A stretch of DNA of 64,000 nucleotides, taken from the human T2T-CHM13v2.0 reference genome, Homo sapiens. Numbering within the stretch: position 1 is the stretch's first letter; every line of letters begins with the position of its first letter. Position numbers and translations under genes: made by a program. Below are positions 12,085 to 26,598 of this stretch, one piece after another. The stretch lies in assembly GCF_009914755.1 (NCBI RefSeq), contig NC_060927.1; one strand, given 5' to 3'. The notes below the pieces were generated by a model. That model saw nothing but the letters and a program-made list of their open reading frames with translations. It ran no database searches and was not told the DNA's origin.

Positions 12085-13665
12085 TCACACATCTGGTATC
12101 ATACATGAGAAATCTCTGCCTATGTAAAGGTCAGAAAAACCTGCCCCTTATTTATCTGTATCCATTTTATAATTTTAGTTTTTACAGAGATTTGTTATGT
12201 TTTTTGAAGTTTTTTGTCGTTCTGGAATAACTTCTGGTAAGAATCTAAGTTCATCTTTTTTAGGTGTATACATGTGTATATATGACATACGTGGTTTTTG
12301 CATGTAGATATTCAATTGTTCCTACAATATTTGTTGACAAGATGATTCTTTTTCTATAGAATTCTTTAGCACTTTTTGTCAAAGATCAATTGACTATACA
12401 ATGTATTCATATGACAACACTGTAATTGTACTCTTTAAATGTATACACATTTTTTAAACAGTTTACCATATATGTGATGGTGTATTTTTGGACATTCTAT
12501 TCTATTCCATTAATTTATATGTTTATCTTTATAACAATATATACTTTATTAATTACTGTAGGTTTTAATAAGTCTTGAAATTAGGTAGTCCTTCTGTTTT
12601 TATTTTTCTTTTTTTTTTTCTATATTGTTATGGCTATTCTAGTCCTTGAAAACAAGAACTAGAAAGAATCAACATGTTAAAAATATGGCTAGACAATGCA
12701 TGGCGGCTCATGCCTATAATCAGCTTGCCAATTTACAAAATAAGGCTGGGAGGATTTTGATAGATATTTTGTTGACTGCAGATCATTTTGTGTAGAATTG
12801 CCACATGACCAAAATTTATTATTTCAATAATTCCCTCTTTATTTAGAGATGTTTAATTTTTCTCAATAATCTTTAATAGTGAACAAGTCCTATACCATTT
12901 TTGTTGGAATTGTTGAAATTTTGTTAACTGCAGATTATTTTGTGTAGAATTGCCACAGGACCAACATTTATTATTTCAATAATTCCCTCTTTATTTATTT
13001 AGAGATCTTTAATTTTTCTCAACAATGTTTTATAGTTTTCAGTGAACAAGGCCTATACCATTTTTGTTGAAATTGTCCCTAAGTATTTTATTCTTTTTGT
13101 GCCATTATGATAGGATTTTTTTAATGCTTGAGACATTTTTTCACTTGTATATAGAAATCCAACTTATATTTTATATTAATCTTATATCTTGCAATATTGC
13201 TAAACTCTCTTATATTTCTAATTGCTTATTTGTAAATAATTTTAGACTGCTTACATGAAAGATATTGTTGTTTATGAATAAGACAATTTTTATTTCTTAT
13301 ATTTTAGTCCACCTGCCTTTAATAACATTTCTTAACATTTGTTATACTGGCTCAAAGCCCCATCACAATGTTGAGTAGGAGAGGTAAGAGAGAATCTCCC
13401 TCCCGTGTATCCAATCTCTTCAATCTTGAGAAATTCAAACAAGGCCTGCTGTTAGCTGTAGTTTTTTTTGTTTGTTTGTTTGTTTGTTTGTTTGCTTTTT
13501 GTTTTGTTTTGTTTTTTTGTAAATGTCCTTTATCAAGTTGAGAAAATTAACTTCTATTCCTAGTTTACTGGGAGATTTTGCTTTTGCTTTTGTTTTTAAA
13601 ATTGTAAATGGGTTTAGATTTTTGTCAGATGATTTTGTGTATCTATTGTGATAATGATGTATATT
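12085..13665 (-). mobile_element. Old L1M (MB/MC/ME-type) ORF2 region, rearranged
   Basis: Antisense L1 ORF2 motifs: gatattcaattgttcctacaatatttgttga, gtcaaagatcaattgac, ttctattcctagtttactg. Confidence 0.8.
12766..13076. repeat. Tandem duplication, 2 x ~150 bp
   Basis: Copy 1 at 12766-12913 and copy 2 at 12918-13076 (attttgtt[g/a]actgcagat...tataccatttttgttg[g/a]aattgt). Confidence 0.93.
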
Positions 13666-13750
13666 AATCTAGCTTTTTGTTTGAGTCAGTAGGGTTTTTT
13701 TGGTAAATAGTATTTAATTATATAAAATGCCTAAATTTGTCAGTTCACCT

Positions 13751-14468
13751 TGTGTTAGTCCCTCCGGGGTGCTATTATAAAATACCATAAACTAGGTATT
13801 TTATGAATAAAAAATTTTATTTCTTACAGTTCTGAAGTCTGGAATGTCTAAGACCAAGGCACAGTCAGATTTGTTTTCTGATCAGGGCCTGATTTCTGGT
13901 TCATTGACAGCAACTTCTCACTGAGTCTTCACATAGTGGAAGAAGGGGCAAGGGAGTTCTCCTGTGCCTCTCTTACAAGGATGCTGACGTTGTTACAATG
14001 TTTATGTTCCCACAAAATTCGTATCTTAAAATCCTAACCCTCAAGGTTATGATATTAGAATGTAGATCGTTTGGGACCTGAATAAATCATGAGAGTGGAA
14101 CCCTCACGAATGAGATTAGTGCCTTTATAAAACAGATACAAGGGAATTTGCTCACTCCTTCCACCTTGTAAGGATGCAGTAGGAAGTTGCCATCTGTGAG
14201 GAACAGACTCTCAACAGGCACTGAATCTGCTGGCATCTTGATCTTGGACTTGCCAGCCTCCAGAGAAGTGAGACATAAATGTGTGTTGGTTACAAGCCAC
14301 CCAGTCTATGGTATTTTGTTAGAGCAGCCTGAAGGGACTAAGACAGGCATGAATCCCAATCATTAGGTGTCTGCTCGCATCATGTAATTACCTCCTAATA
14401 TGATCACCTTGAGAAACAAGAATTTTACATATAAATTTTGGAAAGACACAAATATTCAGACCATAGCA
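13751..14468 (-). mobile_element. MLT1A-family MaLR solo LTR, split by a nested MLT1A0
   Basis: tgtgttagtc...ataccataaactagg... to ...aatattcagaccatagca; 5-bp TSD cacct/caccc. Confidence 0.88.
13986..14345 (+). mobile_element. MLT1A0-like solo LTR nested in the opposite orientation
   Basis: aaaattcgtatcttaaaatcctaaccc...agccacccagtctatggtattttgttagagcagcctgaagggactaagaca. Confidence 0.88.
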
Positions 14469-14473
14469 CACCC

Positions 14474-14720
14474 ATTCATAGACACCTGTGTCTCTGGTTT
14501 GGGGTATTATAAATTAAGTTGTAATGGATATTCTTTGTGTGGGCATATGTTTTCATTTCTCTGGGTAAATACTTAAAAGAATAATTTTATGTCATATGCT
14601 TGACATGTGTTCAGTTTTTATAATAAGCTGCTACAAATGTTTCTAAAGTGGCTGTGCCATCTTAGGCTTCCACCAACAAAGTTAAGGGTTCCAGCTTCTC
14701 CACATCCTCACCAACTTTTA
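14474..14720 (-). mobile_element. Old L1M 3' region (continues from ~13700 across the MLT1A)
   Basis: catatgttttcatttctctgggtaaatac; agggttccagcttctccacatcctcaccaac. Confidence 0.75.
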
Positions 14721-14739
14721 GAGTTGAAAATTAACTTCA

Positions 14740-15430
14740 AAGAACAGACTTACACTAGTATATACGGAGAAGAGCTTCCAAATAAATAAAAAAGAGAAAG
14801 TTAGAAAACAAAAGTAAAATGCATAAAGGAAATGAACTGACTTTCAACTGTAAAGAATATGAATGGCTAATAAAAACATGAATGTAACTTCAAATTATTA
14901 ACTATACAAGAAATATAAACAGACATTGAAAAGATGTATTTTTTGGCAATTAAACTAATAATAATTTTAAAACATGATATTCAGTTTTATTAGAATATAT
15001 GGGAAATGGTCATCCAATATATTGCTATCAGAGTAAAAGTTGGTAAAATTTTCTGGAGGATAGTATGGAATACTTATCAAAATCCCTAAAAGTGTGTTTG
15101 TCTTTTGAGTCTATAATTCTAGAACTATAATATATCCTAAGCAAATTATTAAGAACATTTGCAAAAATAAATATGAATGGTCACTCTTTACATAGTATAT
15201 ATTTAGAAATAAACTAAAAGTATTATATAAATTTTTAAATTAAATATTGGGCATATCCTTTGTTTATAATTATTACTGTTAAAAACCTAGTAGTGTAAGA
15301 ATTTATAGGGACATAGGAAGTATTTAAGTTTGTATTCTTGTAGAAAGTATGATCTTACAAAGAACTTGTTCTTTAAAATATGCATATATAAGAATAGAAT
15401 ATATAGAGAAAAATACTACAGTATTTATTT
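14740..15430 (+). mobile_element. Old L1ME 3' region
   Basis: gaatggctaataaaaacatgaa; ttttctggaggatagtatggaatacttatcaaaat; highly diverged. Confidence 0.6.
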
Positions 15431-17157
15431 TGTTTATATTTATTATTTTATTAAATTGTGAATGACTCTTCCCTTTTATGTTTTGTATAAGATTTTTCTC
15501 TTGCCAGCTCACTTATCCTCACTAAATCATCTTATCCTATTAACCATCTCCGGAGTCTTAGTCCATGATAAGGCGGGTTAACCTTGTAAACACATTGTTG
15601 CTTTGGGAATAGAGCTCTTCTGGGACAAAACAAGCTGGGTATTTACAATAATACTTTAGTAAAAATTAGCTAAAAATACTATTATTAATAATAATTCATA
15701 TCCTCAATATATATTAGTTCAATAGATCTGACTCCACCTTCTTAGTCTTTTGATGTAAGCTAAAGCATGTTGTCTCAAAGGAAAAAACAGAAATATTGTA
15801 AGATTGTTTCAATACCAGAAAATTATCCTGTCTAAGATTAATGCAATTAATAGTTTGAAGACGGACTGCTGATTTTTATTCTACAATGTGGAAAGAAAAA
15901 AAAATAGTAGAATTATGCACAGAAAACTATGCGTCAATTTATTTCCTTTATTTGGAAGTGCAGACAATTAATAGAGATGATTGACAACTTTACTGGATAG
16001 ATCAAACAGAATTCTCAAGTAAAGACAGGAGATAGTAATAAGATAACATATTACTAGGTATCAACATTGTTGCTAGGGAAAAGAAAAAAAAGCAGTGTGG
16101 TCATTTTAACAATATTAATTATTCCAATCTATGATCATGGGATATTTTTCCATTTGTCTGTGTCATCTGCAATTTCTTTTACCAGTTGTTTTTGTAATTT
16201 TACTTCTAGAGCTCTTTCACCTTCTTGGTTAAATATATTTCCAGGTGTTTCCTTCTTGTAGCTATTGTAAACAAGATTGCTTTCTTGATTTCTTTCTCAC
16301 CTTGAATGTTATTGGTATATTAAAAAAACACTGAATTTTGTATGTTGATTTTATATCTTGACACTTCCTAATTCATTTATCGAATCTAGTTTTTTGAAGA
16401 AGTGTTTAGGATTTTATAAGTATGAGATTATGCCATCAGTAAACAGAGGTAAGTTAGCTTTATCTTTCCAATTTGGATGTCTTTTATTTCTTTCTCTTGC
16501 CTGCTGGCCCTGGCTAGGACTTATAGTTCTATGTTGCATGGGAGTGGTAAAAGCAAGCATCTTCGTCTTGTTCCAGTTTTTAGGGGAATTGCTTTCAACT
16601 TTTTCCTATTCAGTGTGATGTTGACTGTGGGTTTCTTATATTCAATGCAATCTCTATCAAAATACCAATGTCATTTTTTACAGAATTAGAAAAAACAATT
16701 CTAAAATTCATACAGAACCTGAAAAAGAGCCACCAATAGCTAAACTGGTTCTAAGCAAAAAGAACAGATAGCCTGCAAAATGGGAAAAACGTTTACAAAT
16801 TATGAATTTGACAAGGGACTGATATCCAGAATTTGCAAGGAACTCAAAGCTGGAAGGATCACGTTACCTGACCTAAAATTATTCTTACAAGGCTATAGTA
16901 ACCAAAACATCACAATGCTGACATGGAAAAATAGACACACAGATCAATAGAATAAGATAGAGAACACAGATATAAAGACACATATCTACACCCAACTGAT
17001 CTTTTGACAAAGTTGACAAAAACATACACTACAGAAAGGCTACCCTTTTTAATAAATGGTGCTGGGAAAATTGAATTGCCCTATGCAGAAAAATAAAATG
17101 ACCCGTCTCACACCATATGCAAAATCAACTCAAGATGGACCAAAGTTTTAAATGTAA

Positions 17158-18682
<1,525 letters not shown>

Positions 18683-18731
18683 AAATACTCAAGAAAACGT
18701 AGGGGAAACTCTTCTGGACATTAGTCTAGAC

Positions 18732-18950
18732 CAAACTTTTCTAACCCGCAGGCCACGGGTGGCCCAAGATGGCTTTGAATGCGGCCCAACACAAATTCTT
18801 AAACTCTCTGACAACATTATAAGATTTTTTTATGATATATTTTTTTAGCTTATCAGCTATCATTAGTGTTAGCGTATTTCATGAGTGGCCCAAGACAATT
18901 TGTCTTCATCCAATGTGGCCCAGAAAAACCAAAAGATCTGGGCATCCCTC
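18732..18950 (+). mobile_element. MER30 (hAT-Charlie non-autonomous DNA transposon)
   Basis: ggctttgaatgcggcccaacacaaattc...gtggcccaagacaatt; perfect 8-bp TSD gtctagac at 18724-18731 and 18951-18958. Confidence 0.93.
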
Positions 18951-18995
18951 GTCTAGACAAAGAGTTAATGACTAAGACCTCAAAATCACAAGTAA

Positions 18996-19284
18996 AGCCA
19001 GGCACCACGGCTCATGTCAGAAATCCCAGCACTTTGTGAGGCTGAAGCAGAGGATCACTTGAAGCCAGGAGTTTGAGATCAGCCTGGGCAACATAGTAAA
19101 ACTTTGTCACTATTAAAAAGTTTTTAAAATATTAGCCAGGTGTGGTGGCATGTGCCTGTAGAAGTAATTGGGAGGTGGAGGCAGGAGGATTGCTTTAGCC
19201 TAGGAGTTTGAGGCTGCAATAAGCTATGATCACATCACTGCATTCTTGCCTGGGCAACAGAGTGAGGCTCTGTCTCTTAAAATA
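18996..19284 (+). mobile_element. AluJ
   Basis: AluJ diagnostics (gaggattgctttagcctaggagtttgaggctgca); TSD aaaatcacaagtaa / aaaagcacaagcaa. Confidence 0.93.
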
Positions 19285-20256
19285 AAAAGCACAAGCAACA
19301 AAAACAAATATTGACAAATGCTACTACATTAAACTAAAAAGCCTCTGCACGGCAACAGAAATAATCAGCATAATGAACAGATAATCTGCAGGATGGGAAA
19401 AATATTTGCAAATTATGAATCTGTCAGGGAACTGACCTCCAGAGTTTTCAAGGAACTCAACTTAAAAGGCACAACAAAAAATAACCTCATTAAAAAGTGT
19501 GCAAAGGGCAAGAATAGACATTTTTCAAAAGAAAACATACAAGTGGCCCGTAAGTATATAAAAATTGTTCAACATCTCTAATCATCAGAGAAATACATAT
19601 TAAAACTACAATGATATATCATCTTACACCAGCCAAAAAAACTATTATTAAAAAAAAGTAACAGATGTTGGCTAGGATACAGATGAAAGGGAATGCATAT
19701 ACACTGTTGGTGGCAATGTAAATTAGTATAACCACTACGGAAAACAGAATGGAGATTCCTCAAAGAACTGAAAGTAGAACTACCATTCGAGCCAGCAATC
19801 CCACTAAACGGTATCTACCCAAAGGGAAAGAAATAGTTATAGCAAAAGATGTCTGTACTCATATGTTTATAGCAGTGCTTTGAACGATTTACAGTAGCAA
19901 AGACCTGGAATTGACCTAAGTTTCCATCAGTGGGTGAATAAAGAAATTGCAGTGTGTGTGTATGTGTATATGGATATACAAAATGTATAAATGTGTATAT
20001 AAACACACAGTGAAATATTATTCAGCCATGGAAAAGAATGAAATCATGTCTTTTGCTACAATATGAATGAAGCTGGAGATAATTATCTTAAGTGAAACAA
20101 CTCAGAATCAGAAAGCCAAAGAACACGTTTTCTTACTTGTAAGTGAAAGCCAGTTAAAGTTTACACATGGACATTGATGTAGATTAATAAGTCACTAGAG
20201 GTTCAGAAGAGTGGGAGAATGGGGGGATGGGAGTGCAGGATGAGAAATAATTCTGA

Positions 20257-20518
20257 AGAGGTTGAGGCGGGAGGATCTCTTGAGGCAAGGAGTTCAAGAC
20301 CAGCCTAGGCAACAAAACGAGATCCCATATCTACTAAAAAAAAATTTAAAAATTAGCCCAGTATGGTGATGTACCCCTATAGTCCTACCTGTTTGGAAGG
20401 CTAAAGTGGGAGGATCCCTTGAGCCCAGGAGTTCAAGGCTACAGTGAGTTAGGATCACACCAGTGTGCTCCATCGTAGCCAACAAAGCAAGGCCCTGTCC
20501 CTAAAAAGTAAATAAATA
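20257..20518 (+). mobile_element. 5'-truncated AluJ in the L1PB 3'UTR
   Basis: gggaggatcccttgagcccaggagttcaaggctacagtgag; A-rich tail. Confidence 0.9.
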
Positions 20519-23500
20519 ACTTAATTGGTACAATGTACACTATTCTGGTGATGGTTACCCTAAAAGCCGAGATTTCATTACACAATATATCTATGTAACA
20601 AAATTGTATGAGTACCCACTAAATTTATACAAAAAGAAAAAAAAAAAGAAGTAGCGTAAAGAGAGTAAAGAAGAATAAAAAAGAAAGGCATATTATACAT
20701 TGAATACCATTCATTGAAGAACAAGACTTACTGGCAAAAAACAACTATGGAATATAAGTTTCCATTTGGCACATGGCATATCAAAATATATATTGTGATT
20801 ATATTACCATAAAATAATATTTTATACTATGCTTTACCTTATAGAGACTTGTACATATGTGGTAGTGCTTACTCTAATTTTACTTCTCAGAATATCTTAA
20901 AGCAAAGATTTCTACCATATTTTCCCATAATGTTGGATTAATTGTTTTTCTTATTCTCCTCATATTTGGCTTTATAGTGGGGGAGAAAACTATAAAGTAC
21001 ACATTCAGCATCAAGGAAGAGTATTTTTCCATGTGGACTGAAACAAATAGCTGCCTAGAATTGGTCCCCTATGAGTTAATTTAAAACATTGTAGTCTGGG
21101 ATTTTATAACATAGGCTCTAAATCATCAAATTTTATCTGAAGAAAAAGGAAATAGAAACAAAGTTGGAAGGCTCATAATAACGTTAAAGAAGACTAAAAC
21201 CACTACTACTAAACTTTCAATTAATTTTAAACATATTTTATTGTGTATTTACATTTTTCTAAAATGTAAAATTTATGTGTTTACATTTTTCTTAATATAT
21301 TATTTATAATAGATGTCAATGGTTGAAATCTACATTTTGTAATTATCTGTAAAATAAATTTGTACATTATATTTTACCTTTTCATGATTCTTCCATTTGT
21401 CTTAGCCATCTGTCCAATAATAAAGTATTGGTTGTATTTTAAATGTTATGTTGTCACATTTGGTTGGTAATCAATAGACTATTACTTTTTCCCATTTTAC
21501 ATTTACATAAATAATAATATATCCAGTATTTTATACTCAAAATTTTAAATAATAGCTAAGTTTAATGATTTAAAAATAGCAATAGTATTCCTTTAAAATA
21601 ATAATTATTGAGCTGTTAACTGTTTTTTAAGGTTTTATTTTATTTTTAATTAACACATATGATTGTACATATTTATGGGGGACAGTGTGATGTTTTCCTA
21701 CTTGTGTACGTAGTTCAATGATCAAATAAGGATATTTAGCTTGCCCATCACCACAAACATTTATCATTTCTTTGTGGTAAAAACATTCAAATCCTCTGTT
21801 ACAGTTTTTAGAAATATATAATGCAACATTGTTTATTAGAGTCACCCTACTATGCGATAGAACAACAGAATGTATTCCCCTTATCAATCTGTAATTTTAT
21901 ACCCATTAACTGATCTCTTCCCATCGATCCCCTTTCCTCTACCCTATCCAACCTCTGGTAACCTGAATAATAGAAGCCCTCTGTAGTTCTATGAGATCAG
22001 CTTTTTATAATTCCTCAAATGAGTGAGATCACGCAGTATTTGTATTTACGTGTCTGACATTTCACTTAACATAATTCCTCCAGGTTTGTGCAAGTTGCTG
22101 CAAATGACAGAATTTAATAATATTCCATTGTGTGTGTACAAACATTTTCTTTATTTATTCATCTGTTAATGGACACTTAGGGTGATTCCATATCTTATCT
22201 ATTTTGAATAGCACTGCAATAAACATTAATGAAGACAAGTCTTCAACATAATTATTTCATGTCTCTTGGATATATACCCAGTAGTGGAATTACTCAATCG
22301 TACGGTAATTCTATTTTTAATTTTGTGAGGAAACACCATACTGTTTTCCATAATAGCTGTACTAATTTACATTCCTACAAACAGTGTGTAATGGTTGCCA
22401 TTTCTTCACATTCATGTCGGCATTTGTTATTTTTTGTCTTTTTGAAACAACCATTCTAATTCAGGTAAAGTGATATCTCGTTGTGGTTTTGCTTTGCATT
22501 TCCCTGATGATTTGTAATACTGAATACTTTTGGTTCATATACCTAATGAAATAGCAATTTGTATGCTCTTTGGGGACATATCTATTATTTTTAACATCAG
22601 GTTATTATTATTATTATTTTTGCTATTGAGTTGTTAGAGTTTCTTATGTATTATGGATATTAACCCCTTATGAGATGCATAGTTAGCAAATTTTTTTTAC
22701 CTATTCTGTACGTTGCATCTTCACTCTGTTGATTGTTTCCTTTGTTGTACAAAAGCTTTTCATTTTGATGTAATCCCATTTGTCTATTTGTGCTTTTGTT
22801 GCTTGTCCTCTTAGGTTTATTTATTTTATTTTATTTTTTTAATCCTTGCCCACACCCGGGTTGTGGACTGTTTCCCCATATATTCGAGTAATTTTATAGT
22901 TTTGAGTCTTATATTTAAGTCCTTAATCCACTTTGATTTAATGTTTATGTAAGGTGAGAGATAGAGGTCTGGTTTTATTATTTTGCATGTTTTCCTTGTA
23001 CAATTTATTGTAGATATTGCCCTTGTCCCTATCTATGTGTGTTTTTGGCACCCTTGTTGACAATCAACTGGCTTTAAGTGTTTGAATTTAATTCTGTGTT
23101 CTGTATTCTGTTCCATTGGTCTATGTGTTTTTTTTTTTTTTTTTTGCCAATGCCATGCTGTGTTGGTTATTACAACTTTGTAGCATATTTTGAAGTCAGC
23201 TAGAGTGATGCTTCCAGCTTAGTTCTTTTTCCTCAAGATTACTTTGGCAATTCAAGGTCATTTGTACCTCCACACAAATATTAGAATTTTTTTTCTGTAA
23301 AGAATGTTATTAGTATTTAAATAAGAATTGCATTGAATCTGTAGATCACTTTAGGTAGTAACGACATTTTAACAAAATTATTCCAACCCATGAGACAAGA
23401 TATCTTTTCATTTATTTGTATCATCTTCAGTTACTTTCATCAATGTTTTATAGTTTTCATTGTATATATTTTTTACCTTTTTGGTTGAATTTGTTCAGAT

Positions 23501-23907
23501 GTATTTTATTATTATTTTTGGTAGCTATTGTAAATGAAATTGTTTCTTGATTTCTGTTTCAGATAGTTTGCTACTGGAATATAGAACAAAAACTAATTTT
23601 TTTGTATGCTGATTTTGTATTCTTCAGCCTTATTGAATTTTCTTATTAGTTTTAAGAGCTTTTTGGTGGAGTCTTTAGGGTTGTCTGCAACAAGGATAGT
23701 TTGACTTCCTCCTTTTCAATTTATATCCCTTTTATTACTTTCACTCTGTAATTATTCCTCTAGCTAAGACTTCCAGCATGATGTTGAGTAAGAGTGCTGA
23801 AAGTAGGCATCCTTGTCATATTCCAGATCCTAGAGGAACAGCTTTCAGCATTTTTTTTTCTATTCAGTATGATGTTACCCGTGGGTTTGTCATATTTAGC
23901 TTTTATT

Positions 23908-24146
23908 ACTTTATTTTTATTTTTATTTTTGGAGACAGAATCATCCAGGCTGAAGTGCAGTGGTGCGACCTGAGTAGCTGGAACTACAGGAGCATGCCAC
24001 CATGCCCAGCTACTTTTTGTATTTTTGGTAGCAACGAGGTTTTGTCATATTGTGCAAGTTGGTCTCAAACTCCTGGGATCATGTGATCAGCCTGCTTTGG
24101 CATCCCAAAGTGCTGGGATTACCGATGTGAGCCACCGCACCTGGCC
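23908..24146 (-). mobile_element. AluJ-type with internal deletion in the right monomer
   Basis: gtggtgcga joined directly to cctgagtagctgg; TSD catatttagcttttatt / catatatggcttttatt. Confidence 0.88.
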
Positions 24147-25126
24147 ATATATGGCTTTTATTGTATTGAGGTATGTACGTTCCATATCAAGTTAATTGAC
24201 AGTTTTTATCATGATGAGATATTGAATTTTGTGAATGCTTTATGAGCATCTGTTGAAATGATTATGTAGTTTTTGTTCTTCATTCTGTTTATATAATGTA
24301 TTGCTTATGTTGAATCATCCTTGCATCCCTGGGATGAATCCCACTTAATAACAATAAAAGATCTTTTTAATGCATCGTTGAATTCAGTTTGCCAATATTT
24401 GGTTGATGATTTTTGTGTTTATGTTCAACAGGGATCTTGGCCTATAGCTTCCCTTTTTAATCAAGTTTTTGTCTGGTTTTGGTATCAGGGTAATATCAGA
24501 CTCATAGAATGAGTTTGGCAATATTCCCTTTTCTTTATTTATATATTTTTTGGAATATTTTGAGTAGAATTGGTCTTAGTTTTTGAAATGTTTGGTTGAA
24601 TTGGGCAGTGAGGCCATCAGGTCCTGGGATTTTATTTGATGGGAAACTTTTTAATTAAGGTTTTCATTCTTGTTGCACATTATTGATTTCAAGTTGTTCA
24701 TTTTTTCATGGTTCAATCTTAGTAGATTGTGTCCAGAAATGTACGCATTCCTTTTACATTTTTATTTTATGTTCATATAGTTGTTCATAATAATTTCTAA
24801 TGATTCTTTTCATTTCGTGGTATCAATTTTAATGTTTCCTTTTCATGCCTAATTTTATTTGTCTTTTTTATTTTTATGTCTAGCTAAAGTTTTATCAACT
24901 TTGTTTATCCTTTCAAAAATCCAACTGCTCATTTTGTTGATCTTTTGTACTTTTTTAAAAAAATTTCTCCATGTTATTTTTCTCTGATATTTAATTATTT
25001 TTTATGTTTACTAAATTTGAATTGCTTGTTCTTGTTTTTCTTATTCCTGGAGGTGCAATATTAGGTTGCTTGAGATCTTTCTAATTTTTCAATGTGTTTA
25101 TGTACTACTGTAAACTTACCTCTTGG

Positions 25127-25451
<325 letters not shown>

Positions 25452-25693
25452 TTAAGGCTGTTTTTTCTATAGCCCCATAGGTTTTGGTATGCTGCATTTC
25501 GATTTGTATTTCTCAAGAAATATTTCAAGTTTCTTTTTAATTTGTTCATTAACCCATTTGTTGTTCAGGAGAATGTTGTTCAATTTCCATGTATTTGTAT
25601 AGTTTCCAAAGTTTATTTTGTTAATGATTTCTAGTTTTATTTATTGAGACTTGTTTTGTGCCCTAACATATGATCCATCCTAGAAAAAGTTTC

Positions 25694-26000
25694 TTTTTTC
25701 TTTTTTTTTTCTTTTTGAGACAGAGTCTTGCTCTCTTGCCTAGGCTGGAGTGCAGTGGTGCAATTTCGGCTCACTGCAACCTCCGCCTCCCAGGTTGAAG
25801 CAATACTCTTGCCTCAGAACTCTTGAATACCTGGGATTTCAGGCGCGCACCACCACACCCAACTGATTTTTTTTGTATTTTTAGCAGAGATGGGGTTTCA
25901 CCACATTGGTCAGGCTGGTCTCGAACTCGTGACCTCATGATCCACCCGCCTCGGCCTCCCAAAGTGCTGAGATTACAGGCGTGAGCCACCATGCCCAGCC
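25694..26000 (-). mobile_element. AluS (Sg-like)
   Basis: Full dimer antisense; TSD aaagtttc on both sides. Confidence 0.95.
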
Positions 26001-26598
26001 AAAGTTTCATATTTTGATGAGAAAAATATGTATTCTGCGACTGTTTGGTGGAATGCTCTGTAAATGTCTACTAGGTTTATTTGATCTACAGTGCAGTTAA
26101 ATCTGATGTCTCCTTGATGATTTTCTGTCTGAATGATCTGTCACTTGCTGAGGTCTATAGTTTGTCAGCCCACTAACTCCCTGAAACAGGCTACTTAGAA
26201 GGTTGATTGTCAGCAGCCATTAGAAGAATATGCTGGCAAACATTTTCCAGGTAGACACTGGGAGCTTTGAGTTTTAGTCCCTTCTCTCTTCTTATCCCAA
26301 AGAATGCATCCTCTGGAAGTGCTATATGCTTGTATACAACTGCTATTGTGTTCTGTGGTCTAGGGAGACTTGTGTATGCCTATTCCCTTCCACTTCCAGA
26401 GCTAGGTGAATTAGGAGCTGTGAGAAACTTCAGAGTTAAGGCACTGTGTATGTGTTCTAAACCCTTCTCTCCTCATGGAGTTGGGAATTTCTTCCTGATT
26501 ACGTGTTGCAGTGCCTGGGGTGGAGTTTGTGCCCAAGTGTGTCTCAGCTTTTCCTATCCATTTGATGTAAGTATTTTCTCTGTTGCCTGGTGTGTAGG

